DNA of 64,000 bases from Eledone cirrhosa (lineage: Eukaryota): NCBI GenBank assembly GCA_964016885.1, contig OZ024754.1, positions 16,740,001 through 16,804,000 of the forward strand, written 5' to 3'. Numbering within the stretch: position 1 is the first letter of the stretch; every line of letters starts with the position of its first letter. Both the position numbers and the translations under genes were made by a program. The notes beneath the pieces were generated by a model. That model did no database searches and was not told where the DNA came from. It saw only the letters and a program-made list of their open reading frames with translations. Positions 38,603 through 50,409 of this stretch are shown here, piece after piece.

Positions 38603-38872
38603 CAGAAAATTGATCTTTCTATTTTGCTATTAAACAGCATCTTATCATACCTTAAAATATGGAATATTACAAAGTCCACAGTGGGACATCCCATTGTTGT
38701 AGGCCTTTTGACCAGCTAATCCTATATTCCTGGTTTGTGTTATTAAGCTGCCAGATTTTATTTGCGAGCGTGGTAGAGGTCTCCAGTCTACGGACTTTGT
38801 AATATGGAACTATTCCATATTTTAAGGTATGATAAGATGCTGCTTAACAGCAAAATAGAAAGATCAATTTTC
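38603..38872. repeat. Inverted repeat, arms about 38603-38678 and 38792-38872
   Basis: AGAAAATTGATCTTTCTATTTTGCT... / ...AGCAAAATAGAAAGATCAATTTTCT. Confidence 0.85.
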
Positions 38873-39264
38873 TATCTTTTAGAGCAATAAAATCTCATTG
38901 AACAAACATAAAACATTTGCAAATGTGTTCCGTTTCTCCATACATTTTTCTAATTTGAAAAAAACGGCCACGACTTATTCCCCAACCTAATATTTTGACA
39001 CTATTAGTTGTTTAGCCCTTGGTCCACTCTCATCAGGTAAAGCTATGATCAAAGCTGCTCCATCTCTGACAATGTCATCATCTAAGAATGTATTATCCAA
39101 TATGTCATGTCTTGCCTTTTTTAAACCCTTTCTTCACCAAATTTCTAATGAAATACACTCTATTTCAATTAATTAATTAATTAAAAAATTTGAGGGATTT
39201 ACTAAAATTATCAATTATTTCATTGCTATGGTCCTTATATAAAATTATATTCGAAGATTTTAAT

Positions 39265-39477
39265 TTAACCCTTTAGCATTTACATTATTCTATATATACT
39301 ATTGTATTTTCACAGTAAAGGCTTTATCTTACATAATTACCTCACATGATATCGAATCTATGAGATTTTGATGTTATTTTGAGAACAATACTTTTTAATG
39401 TAATTATGAGCAGCCAGTTACAGCCGTTTGAACAGAAAGAGGTGAGAGAATTCTGACCAGATATGGCTGGTTTAAAA
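39265..39477. mobile_element. piggyBac-type MITE family A nested in a longer family-B MITE (about 39121-39554)
   Basis: TTAACCCTTTAGCATTTAC start; the outer element ends AAAGGGGTTAA. Confidence 0.7.
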
Positions 39478-39988
39478 TAGGAATTCTTTAAAATGAGTGG
39501 TTTTTGTGTCATAAAATCAGAGCCAGTTTGGCAGGGTTCGTATTAAAGGGGTTAAGTCTGTTGAGTGTTGTTTAAGAGGTTTTGGCTGTTGTTTCTAGTA
39601 TATCAAGTGACTATGCAGAAGCTTCCTTGTCACACTAGTGTCACCATTAGTATTTATTAGTAGCAGTGAAAATGGATGTCTTAGTGGTTAGCTTGTTTGT
39701 CTCACAACCATAAATATTATTTGATTCCTGGAGGTGTGTTTATTTTTTGTCCTTGAGCAAGACACTTTATTTCATGTCGCTCCAGTCTTTTCAGCTGGAA
39801 GAAATGAGCTGCATGTGTATTTGAAAGGGCCAGCCTTGTCACAGTCTGTGTCACACTGAATCATCATCATTTAACGTCCATTTTCTACTCTAGCAAATCT
39901 CCTTGAGTATTATGTTATGGGTATGCATGTCTATGGAGTGCGCAGCCACTTTCACATTAATTTCATGAGCAAGCTGTTGTTTTGTTTG

Positions 39989-40545
39989 AATATCTGGAAC
40001 ACTAGTGACCAGAATTGCTAGAAGTACTATAGGTTTATTAGTAGTAGTATTATAGCTGAAATAATGTAATATCTGGAACACTAGTGACCAGAATTGCTAG
40101 AAATACTACAGGTTTATTAGTAGTAGTATTATAGCTGAAATAATGTAATATCTGGAACACAAGTGACCAGAATTGCTAGAAGTACTATAGGTTTATTAGT
40201 AGTAGTATTATAGCTGAAATAATGTAATATCTGGAACACTAGTGACCAGAATTGCTAGAAGTACTATAGGTTTATTAGTAGTAGTATTATAGCTGAAATA
40301 ATGTAATATCTGGAACACTAGTGACCAGAATTGCTAGAAGTACTACATGTTTATTAGTAGTAGTATTATAGCTGAAATAATATAATATCTGGAACACTAG
40401 TGACCAGAATTGCTAGAAGTACTACATGTTTATTAGTAGTAGTATTATAGCTGTAATAATGTAATATCTGGAACACTAGTGACCAGAATTGCTAGAAGTA
40501 CTACAGGTTTATTAGTAGTAGTATCATAGCTGTAATAATGTAATA
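39989..40545. repeat. 79-bp tandem repeat, about 7 units
   Basis: TATCTGGAACACTAGTGACCAGAATTGCTAGAAG recurs at 39991, 40070, 40149, 40228, 40307, 40386 and 40466. Confidence 0.95.
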
Positions 40546-41582
40546 TTATCTGTAGCAGAACACTTTCATCTTTAAACATGTCTTTAAACAAACAACATAC
40601 GACAGCATATATGACATTGCTTGACCAGGAGTATTGATTTTTCTTCATTGATTCATCATCATTATTATTATTATTAATAATAATAATAATAATTTCTTTT
40701 TACACCTACTTGTCTCCCAAGTCAGGCCACAGTAAGGTCAGACAGTTTTTATTAGTCTTATTCTGATTTTGCTCGTCTGGAAATGTTGTCGATCATGTGC
40801 CATCTTTATATGAACATGGTGCACAGTAGTGATAAATGAGGGGAGTAGTTTCTAATGCTCTTAAAAAGCAAAGAAGCAAAAGAAAATAGTGATTTTATTA
40901 TCAATTTAGTTATCTTTTCATCAACACCGCAGTTACTATTTGGCATCATATCACTAATATTTTTCTATTAACATGATGAGAATAATAATAATAGTAATAA
41001 TTAAAAAAAACAAAACATTATTGCCATTGAGACCTCTTCAGTGACCACCACCATTGTTGTTGTTGTTGTTGTTAGAGTGGCAAGGCTGGTGGATTGATAG
41101 TATTGATAGAGTGTCAGACAAAATGTTATATCATATATCAGTCATGTTGCTATTATAAGAAGTTTATTTTCCAGTCTTTATATCTTGAGTTCTAACCAAA
41201 CATTTGTCCCTGTCAATTATAGAATACACTATATATTTATACTGGATAAGTGTTTGTTGTTGTTGTTGTTGTTGTTGTTGTTAGGGTGATAAGGGGGTGG
41301 ATTGACAGTGTCAGTAGAGCGTTGGACAAAATAGTGAAGGATTGTCTTGAAGAACAGCCATTGTATCTACCACTCCACCTCATGGGCTTCTCCTTGCAGA
41401 GAAAAGCAATGACAGTTCAGGAACCATGGACACCAAATATGTCAATGGTGACTGGCATGAAAGGAAGCTGTCAAGTCCCAGCATTTAGCTTCCTTCCTTC
41501 CACGTTATGTGTAGCAGCAGTGCCCAGGTTTGTGGCCGGAAATAACAAGGTTGAAGGTGGAAAAGTTGATATTATTTGACAT

Positions 41583-42003
41583 TACACGGCTCAGCTGAAA
41601 AGTTCATATGCTGATTATGAAGAAGTGATGCTAGAACTGTGAAATCTTGCATGCATTCATTTCAACTCTTCTTATTAACCCTTTAGATTTACTCTATATT
41701 TACTATTGTTTTTTCACGGTAAAGGCTTTACCTCACATAATTATCTCACATAATATTGAATCTATGAGATTTTGATATTATTTATTTTGAAAACAATACC
41801 TTAATGTCAGTATGAGTGGCTGGTTACGGCCGGTTTGTACAGAAAGAGATGAGAGAATTCTGGCTGGATACGGCCAGTTTAAATGCTAAAGAGTTAATAA
41901 CTGCATTATTTCTTTCCAGGGACTATGTCGAAAATTAAACCTCATTTGGTCATTCCATGAGAGTATCTTGGTCAGCCTATGAACATTTCAGCTGGACTTT
42001 GTA
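41583..42003. mobile_element. Mariner-type MITE with a piggyBac MITE-A (41675-41897) inserted at TTAA
   Basis: TA-flanked inverted termini CAGCTGAAAAGTTCATA / TATGAACATTTCAGCTG; the inner element is bounded by TTAA. Confidence 0.75.
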
Positions 42004-42724
42004 TGCTAGCTCAGCTCTATTATATTGATTTGTACACATATTACCTTATTTTGTCAGTTGTTTCTCCAGTTAGGAACACATCACTAACTTTTGATTATAT
42101 TTTATGAGATAGAGGCTAGGGACTTTACCTTCCTTCATCTACATTATGGTTATTATTTTTACAATCTTATCGATCTCTAAGACCAAATATGTTTTCTGTT
42201 TTGTCTCTTATGGTTTCTGCATTCAATCTGTTCTATCCATTGCTCTGATATATCATCATGATCATCATCATCATTATGTCAACTTTTTCCTGCTGGCATG
42301 GAACTTTTTCCTGCTGGCATCAGAACTTTTTCCTGCTGGCATCAGAACTTTTTGAGGCAATGTTTTACAGCCAGATGTCCTTCCTGACACTAACCCCCTT
42401 GTATGGATATGGTGTGCCTACTCTTAACACCAAGAGAGAGAGAGAGAGAGACCCCACTTCTGCATAATACTTTATTGACCTGACCCTGGCAAGATGAAAG
42501 GCAAAATTGTTGTTAGTGGGATTTGAACTCAGAACACAGAGATCCAGAATGAGGAGAGAGTGGTATTTGATGCTCAACAATTTTGCCAATTTACCATTAG
42601 TAAATGTTAACATCTTTCAACAATTTAGTAAAGAAAATATCTAAAAATAGTCTTGTTAATTCAAATGTTATAGTATCTTTACCAGTGAATATTTGCAGTA
42701 TTAGAGTAAAGACATTAATTTTTA

Positions 42725-42890
42725 GAGGGTCGAACACCATGCTTTGACGTATAGAGTTACGGCCCTTGTCATTCTGAGTTGAAATCCCGCCGAGGTTAAC
42801 TTTGCCTTTCATCCTTATGGGGTCGATAAAATAAAGTACCAGTAATGCACTGGTTAATTGCTGGCCATGTGCCAAAAGTAGAAACAATTA
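42725..42890 (+). mobile_element. SINE-M
   Basis: Central domain and GTGCCAAAAGTAGAAACAATTA tail. Confidence 0.85.
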
Positions 42891-43600
42891 ATTTTTTCAA
42901 TCAAATACAGCCACTGTCCTGTTTTCTACTTTTCAAGAATGTCTTCCTAATGTACTTTTCTGTTGTACAGAACATTAAGAGTTAATAATAGTAAGATTAT
43001 ATCAAGTTATATGTAATTCCAAGCCTGATAATGTGGGCTGAAGAGAGGGGAGGCAAGCTTATTTTTTAGATCGAATTCTTGATACAGTCTAAAGTGTCAC
43101 GATTTTATCTTTATGATTACCTTTAAGTAGAGTCTTAAAAGAAAAAAAAATCATCTGTTTGAGACACTAATTTAATTTCAGTGTTAATTAGTGTTCACAT
43201 AGTTACTTGCTGTAAATACAAAAGTGCAAACCTGGATGACCTTAATGATAACGCTTTATGGCAGTAGGTTTTATAAGATATTATTTACTCATCATAACTT
43301 GAGCTTCGCCACTAAACCAATATTATATTCAGTTTAAACATCATATATCAACCATAATAATATGCCACACATGTGTGTCTGTATACACACACATACACAC
43401 ACACGTATATGTGCGTGTAGATCCTGAATTAAATCAGGGTAACCACAGTAAATAAGGTACTCAATACATTAGTAGAGTGTAAACATCAATATTTAATATA
43501 GAAATGGCTTCTACAGGACTAGAACTGCTTCATTTGTTTGAAATCATCATCACACACACATGATATCACACACATACATATTCACACACACATATATATG

Positions 43601-43655
<55 letters not shown>

Positions 43656-43658
43656 TTA

Positions 43659-43701
<43 letters not shown>

Positions 43702-43831
43702 TATATATATATATTATATATATATATATTATATATATATATTATATATATTATATATATATATATTATATATATATATATATTATATATATATATATAT
43801 ATTATATATATATATATATTATATATATATA

Positions 43832-43883
<52 letters not shown>

Positions 43884-43888
<5 letters not shown>

Positions 43889-44082
43889 AACGAGTAGGAC
43901 CCCGACAGTTGAGCTCAAGCCGTTTCGACGGCTAATTCTGGACTAGTCCAGAATTAGCCGCCGAAACGGCTTGAGCTCAGCCGTCGGGGTCCTACTCGTT
44001 CCTATTACCCACTCTACTACCCTAAGTATTGAGTACTTTGGTGCATTATGGTCCACTTGGTTCCTTACCACATTTCCTTCGT

Positions 44083-44084
<2 letters not shown>
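43884..44084 (+). repeat. Fold-back element family H
   Basis: Hairpin 43884-44005 centred on GGACTAGTCC, plus tail. Confidence 0.9.
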
Positions 44085-44175
<91 letters not shown>

Positions 44176-44392
44176 CAAACAAACCGAGCATTATAATAAA
44201 TGTTCGGTAAACCCATACGTACATATATATATACGTGTGCATGTATATATGTATATACATACTAGTGTACATCTGTATACATATATGTATGTACGTATAC
44301 ATACTTATATTTTAGTATCAACTATACTAAGAGTGAGAAATGAAATTTCATTTTTTCCATTTATATATATATATATACACACGCACATGCAG

Positions 44393-44738
44393 ATGGAGGC
44401 ACATGGCTTAGTGGTTAGAGCATTGGCCTTGCAATCGAAAGGTTGTGAGTTCAATTCTCAGACCGGGTGATGTGTTGTTTCCTTGAGCAAGAGACTTTAT
44501 TTCACATTGCTCCAGTTTACTCAGCTGTAGAAATGAGATGATAGGGACTGGGGTCCATATCATTCCACTGCAAAGTGGTCGTGGAGGTGCCACGGCAAAA
44601 AAGCACCCAGCATTCACTGTAAATGAGGTTGGTGTTAGGAAGGGCATCCAGCTGTAGAAATCAAGCCAGAATCAGTTCCCGTCCCACCCTTGCAAGCAGG
44701 GAAAAAGCGGACGTAAAATGAAATGATGATGATGATGA
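44393..44738 (+). mobile_element. SINE-A, full-length reference copy
   Basis: tRNA-like head, CORE-like box, structured modules, RTE tail, (ATG)n. Confidence 0.95.
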
Positions 44739-45384
44739 CACATAAGCACACACTCATTCAAATATATACAATTCCAAGTATACACATGTGAAAGTATTTT
44801 GACTTATCTTATTTGATTTTAATCTGCTGTAGCTTATAATAAAGGTTATATAAAAGAAATGAATGTTGCTACTTATAAGATATACAGCTGTCATCAAATG
44901 ACTCTCCTCACAAAATCTGTAGATATATTTACACAGTGAGGGAGTTCAATATAAATAGATTTTCCTGATATTTCATATAAGAGTATTTGGTTTAATCATC
45001 AAAATGTGTGTCTTTGTGTGTATTAAAAATGCATTTAATTAAATGTTAATTTGTTTATTCTACAAAGCAGCATGACATGTTAGGAAGATTTTAATGAACT
45101 TTACTAACTTGGGGGAAATTTCACCTTGAGCTAATATTGAGATAACTTTGACTGATTTTCTGATATCTTTGTTTTGAGTATTTTTTTGTTTGAGAATGAC
45201 ATTTATAAAGTGTTTAAAATTGATATATTTTTGTTGGTTTGTCTTCCTTTCTCTTTGTGTTTGACTTGCTAATTAAATGTATTCAGCTTCACTGATGAAG
45301 CCAGCCTCCTACAGATATCCAATGACTGCCATTGGGTTAGAGTTAATGGTAGTGTATATATCTGCAATCTTATAAATAATGTTT

Positions 45385-45940
45385 GTTGTTAAAACCAGTC
45401 AGTACAGGCAGGCATATTTAACCCTTTAACATTTAAACTGGCCATATCTGTTGTTAAAACCAGTCAATGCAGGCATATTTAACCCTTTAACATTTAAACT
45501 GGCCATATCTGTTGTTAAAACCAGTCAATGCAGGCATATTTAACCCTTTAACATTTAAACTGGCCATATCTGTTGTTAAAACTAGTCAATGCAGGCATAT
45601 TTAACCCTTTAACATTTAAACTGGCCATATCTGTTGTTAAAACCAGTCAGTGCAGGCATATTTAACCCTTTAACATTTAAACTGGCCATATCTGTTGTTA
45701 AAACCAGTCAATGCAGGCATATTTAACCCTTTAACATTTAAACTGGCCATATCTGTTGTTAAAACCAGTCAATGCAGGCATATTTAACCCTTTAACATTT
45801 AAACTGGCCATATCTGTTGTTAAAACCAGTCAGTGCAGGCATATTTAACCCTTTAACATTTAAACTGGCCATATCTGTTGTTAAAACCAGTCAGTGCAGG
45901 CATATTTAACCCTTTAACATTTAAACTGGCCATATCTGTT
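45385..45940. repeat. 61-bp tandem repeat (about 9 units) spanning the flank/left-terminus junction of a piggyBac MITE
   Basis: Unit GTTGTTAAAACCAGTCAATGCAGGCATAT-TTAACCCTTTAACATTTAAACTGGCCATATCT; the last unit continues into the MITE body. Confidence 0.95.
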
Positions 45941-46292
45941 CAAATCAACTGTAAGCAGCCACTCAAACTGAAGTTAAGGTATCCTTCTCAAAAATAAATA
46001 ATATCAAAATCTTGTAGATTCGATATGTGAGATAATTATGTAAGATAAAGCCTTTACCACAAAAATACAATAGTATATATAGAGTAATTGTTTCTACTTT
46101 AGGCACAAGGCCAGCAGTTTACCAGTGCATTACTGGTACTTTATTTTATCGACCCCGTAAGGATGAAAGGCAAAGTCAACCTGGCCGGATTTGAACTCAG
46201 ATCGTAAAGGGACGTAACTATGCTGGAAATTATGGCGTCCGACCCTCTACCGATACTGCCAATATAGAGTAATGTAAATGCTAAAGGGTTAA
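45906..46292. mobile_element. piggyBac MITE-A containing a minus-strand SINE-M (about 46089-46261)
   Basis: ATATAGAGTAAT is duplicated on both sides of the SINE; the MITE ends AAAGGGTTAA. Confidence 0.85.
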
Positions 46293-46732
46293 ATGGTTAA
46301 CAAGTTTGTTTTGTAATCATATGCTAGCTAAAAGGTTTAAAGAACTATTTTATGGTTTAATTTTATATCTTTAGTGCTGAGTCTACATTTATGATGTCAC
46401 TAAGATTTTGCATTTTGTTCTATCTGACATTGGAAGGCTATTATCACTAGCTGAGCCTTAAGGGTCCCCAGTCTTTTGTCATGATGGGGCCGGTGATAGG
46501 AGGTAGATTTTGAACTCAAAACACAATAGCAAGTTCAGTAGCTGCAACACACTTACCACTAGGCAACATGCCTCTACAAACCCCAGCTTAATAATGGTAA
46601 ATTTAGTTATTTTACTTAATGCCTCCAGATTTGTAATTAATTGAAAATCCTTGGAAGTGTATCACTATTAGAAATATGGTAACAGAAAGTTTAACATATC
46701 TACTGTAGTGTATCACTATTAGAAATATGATA

Positions 46733-46940
46733 ACATCATCATCATCATCCCCGTTTTACATTCATTCATCCACGTTAGCATGGGTTAGACGAGTTGTCCT
46801 GTTGTGCTCAATGCCAAGTCAGGTGACCATGTGTTGCTCATACAGAACTGATTTTGGCTTGATTTCTACAGCTGGATGCCCTTCCTAACACCAATCTCAT
46901 TTACAGTGAGTATTGGGTGCTTTTTACTCTGGTGCCTACA
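46733..46940 (-). mobile_element. SINE 3' part with A-type middle and B-type tail
   Basis: TGGCTTGATTTCTACAGCTGGATGCCCTTCC (A type) joined to AGCATGGGTTAGAC..GTTGTCCTGTTGTG (B type). Confidence 0.7.
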
Positions 46941-46993
46941 GAAGGGTTAAGAATATCGACTGTGGTGTATCACCATTATTTGTAACAATCAAA

Positions 46994-47184
46994 TTGTGGT
47001 GGATTGGCAGTATTGGTAGAGGGTCGGACGCCATGCTTTGACGCATAGAGTTATGGCCCTTGCCATTCTGAGTTAACTTTGTCTTTCATCAAATCCCGCC
47101 GAAGTTAACTTTGCCTTTCATCCTTATGGTGTCGATAAAATAAAGTACCAGTAATACGCTGACCTTGTGCCAAAAGTAGAAACA
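46994..47184 (+). mobile_element. SINE-M with 19-bp target-site duplication
   Basis: ATTATTTGTAACAATCAAA at 46975-46993 and 47185-47203. Confidence 0.9.
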
Positions 47185-48350
47185 ATTATTTGTAACAATC
47201 AAACCAAGATCATATAACTGTTTTGTTTTCTTGAGATAGATATTTTTTTTGTTGAAAAAGTGCTTAACATAGTTAATTTCATATAATGTTACTGAACTGA
47301 TATGCCTATTAAATTCTTTCAAGTCTGGTTTAATAACCTTCATAATCTGAAATGGTTGTCTTATTTTTGTATAGTTCCACTTCTTCAGGATATCATTTCT
47401 GGCTTCCGTCATTAATAGTAACTCAGTCGTTTGTCATTAGGAAGCCCTTCTGTAGTAATTTAGTTAGCTCAAACTATCTCCATGAATCTTCAAGTATGTG
47501 ATATCTGCTACATTACACTTCAAGTATGTGATATCTGCTACATTACAGCAACACTAAATGATATGCTATCTTTCTGTGCACTTCATCTCCAACTTGGATC
47601 TGACTTCTTTTTAATTCATCCACATTCTTTATATGGCGCTCTCTCTCATTCTTTATATCTTGGCTCTCTCTGTTCTTGTCACTGTTTTTCTTTCTATCAT
47701 TCACATGCCTTACTCTCTTTCTCATCATATTATCACGCATGAGATTTGTTTTCTCCCTTTGAAGTCTTGGCTCTTCTTTCACATTAATTCTGCCTTGCAA
47801 TATATCTTGGCAAATATGTCTTTCTTGTAGTAAAACAGTTGAATCCAAGAAAACAAGGGATGTGCCATATTGGCAGAGAAAATAGTAATAGAAATAGATG
47901 AAACAGTGGTATATGTTTTATTCCACTGTTTCAACCATTTGTCTTGTTTTATCGTCATTGTTGTCTCTCTTCTTTGTACTTTATCTTTGTATTCTTTGCT
48001 TTTCCGAAGCTATCCCTGTCTTATTACAACATATCTTCTCTATCCTCAGACTCAGAACTTTCCATGTGTTTTCCTTTAATTATTCCTCTTTATTGTTTTC
48101 CATAGAGTTCTGGCTCTTTACGGTCTGAGTTCAAATCCCACCGAGGTTGACTTTACCTTTCATCCTTATGGGATAATTGCTGGCCTTGTGCTAAAAGTAG
48201 AAACAATTATTGTAACTGACTCATTAGAGTGGGAGAGAATTGACAGAATCGGTAGAGCATCAGACAAAATGCTTTGCAACATTTAGTTATGAATTTCCCA
48301 TGTTCTGAGTTCAAATTCTGTTGAGGTCAACTTTGTCTTTCATCTTTCCT

Positions 48351-48742
48351 GGGTCGATAAAATAAAATACCAGTTAAGTACTAGGGTTGATAAAATAAAA
48401 TAGCAGTTAAGTACTAGGGTTGATAAAATAAAATACCAGTTAAGTACTAGGGTTGTTAAAATAAAATACCAGTTAAGTACTAGGGTTGATAAAATAAAAT
48501 ACCAGTTAAGTACTAGGGTTGATAAAATAAAATACCAGTTAAGTACTAGGGTTGATAAAATAAAATACCAGTTAAGTACTAGGGTTGTTAAAATAAAATA
48601 CCAGTTAAGTACTAGGGTTGATAAAATAAAATACCAGTTAAGTACTAAGGTTGATAAAATAAAATACCAGTTAAGTACTAGGGTTGATAAAATAAAATAC
48701 CAGTTAAGTACTAGGGTTGATAAAATAAAATACCAGTTAAGT
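48351..48742. repeat. 33-bp tandem repeat (about 12 units) amplified from the SINE-M central domain
   Basis: Unit GGGTTGATAAAATAAAATACCAGTTAAGTACTA directly continues the SINE-M head at about 48230-48350. Confidence 0.92.
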
Positions 48743-49035
48743 ATCCATAAGCTTTTGTTCAAGAATTAAATGTTTCAGTGGCAGATTTGTTGAGTTTCAC
48801 ATGAAATTTCATTGTGGTCCGTTGTTCAATATTTTCCTGCATTGCAAATGTAAAAGAGGTTATAAACATGTCTGTACAACAATAACTTGCGACTGACTGA
48901 ATCGATCATGTTGAAACAAGTATGTACATGCAGCTAAGGTCATAATGACCATGCCTATATACATCAAGGTGCTGTGTTACCATGTCATACATAGGAAAAT
49001 CAGTATCACTACTTTTGGGACAAACTAAGTATATA

Positions 49036-49088
<53 letters not shown>

Positions 49089-49224
49089 CTGTTGGTTTTC
49101 ACTTCAATTTATTATAAATTTCTGGTTGTCTGGTTGGTTCGATAACTGGATGGTTATTTATATATTGTCAAAGCTCTTTCATCACACATTCTGTGACCTC
49201 CTCAGTGACTGAGTTTATATATAT

Positions 49225-49402
49225 AGTCAGGACCCCGACCGGTGAGCTCTGTCCTTTTTACAACTAGATCTGGACCTAGTTGTCGAAACGGCCGGAGCGC
49301 AGCCGTCCTGACTCTTTTCCTATTACCCACTCTACTACGCTAAGTATTGAGTACTCTGGTGTGTTATGGTCCACATGGTATCTTACCACACCCTCTTTGT
49401 TA
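49225..49402 (+). repeat. Fold-back element family H, diverged subfamily copy
   Basis: Same tail; different central stem (ACAACTAG/CTAGTTGT), but GAAACGGC..GCCGTC is retained. Confidence 0.75.
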
Positions 49403-50193
49403 TATATATTTATAATTTTAATGGGATATTTTAGGTTCACACATATATAGAACAGTTGAATATTAACTCAATGTATGTCAACAGAATATGTTTTATTTCT
49501 CAAACAAAATATTGGTTTTGACTTCAAATTTTCTCCAGTGTTTATTTCTCTTTTGATGATGAAGATGATGATGATTGTGATGATGGCAATACTAATGATG
49601 ATGACAATGGAAGCTGACTCAATAATGAGTATCGCCATTGCTTGTTAATAATGAGCTGCAAAGCAAAGATGATATTTTAGCGAAGCTTATAATTTACAGC
49701 TTTTACCATAACTATTACATAAATACCGATCTTTTAATTGAATGCAGTATAAAATCATGACAATTGGCCTTGTGCAATGGATATATTTCTACTCAAAGCA
49801 GCAAAAGAAAGATAACATTTGTTCCATGATTTGGCAGCTATAAATTCGTTCAGATGGCAGTAATAGGTGGCTTTAGTTTTGATAACTTTGGGTTGTTAAC
49901 AAAGCCAGCATTAGCCAGACAATCTTATTACAAGCTGAATATTGGGAGGAATTATTAATATTTATGGAATTTTCCCTTGCTTGTGCATCAATTCAAATTT
50001 GGATGTGTAATAGCTGGAACACTGTCTTTCTTTGCAATGCACTACCAGTTGCATTTTTCTCTCAACTTTTCATATAAATATTAGCTTATGTCAGATGAGA
50101 TTTAACTCTTAGTCTCTTGTATCACATGAAACCACATTTGTAAGACATTCTAGAAAAGTACAAAACAATACTATGACTATATCATATCCAACA

Positions 50194-50409
50194 CTAACCC
50201 TTTAACATTTACATTACTCTATAAATACTATTGTATTTTCACAGTAAAAGCTTTATGTCACATAATATCGAAGCTATGAGATTTTGATGTTATTTATTTT
50301 GAGAACAATATCTTAACATTGGTATGAGTGGCCGATTATGGTTGGTTTGAACAGAAAGAGGTGAAAATATTCTGTCCGGATATGGCCGGTTTAAATGCTA
50401 AAGGGTTAA
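50194..50409. mobile_element. piggyBac-type MITE family A
   Basis: Terminal inverted repeats as in the reference copy; further copies at 51128-51357 and 59386-59580. Confidence 0.82.

Noticed and set aside
44393-44470. Functional tRNA genes at SINE heads
   Set aside because: A and B boxes are present but there is no complete acceptor stem, and each continues into SINE body sequence.
45285-45302. CTGATGA as a hammerhead core
   Set aside because: It lies within a small local hairpin, with no stem II-GAAA downstream.
47205-48110. Minus-strand ORFs of about 100 aa as host exons or LINE remnant
   Set aside because: No recognisable motif, and one ORF runs into a SINE.
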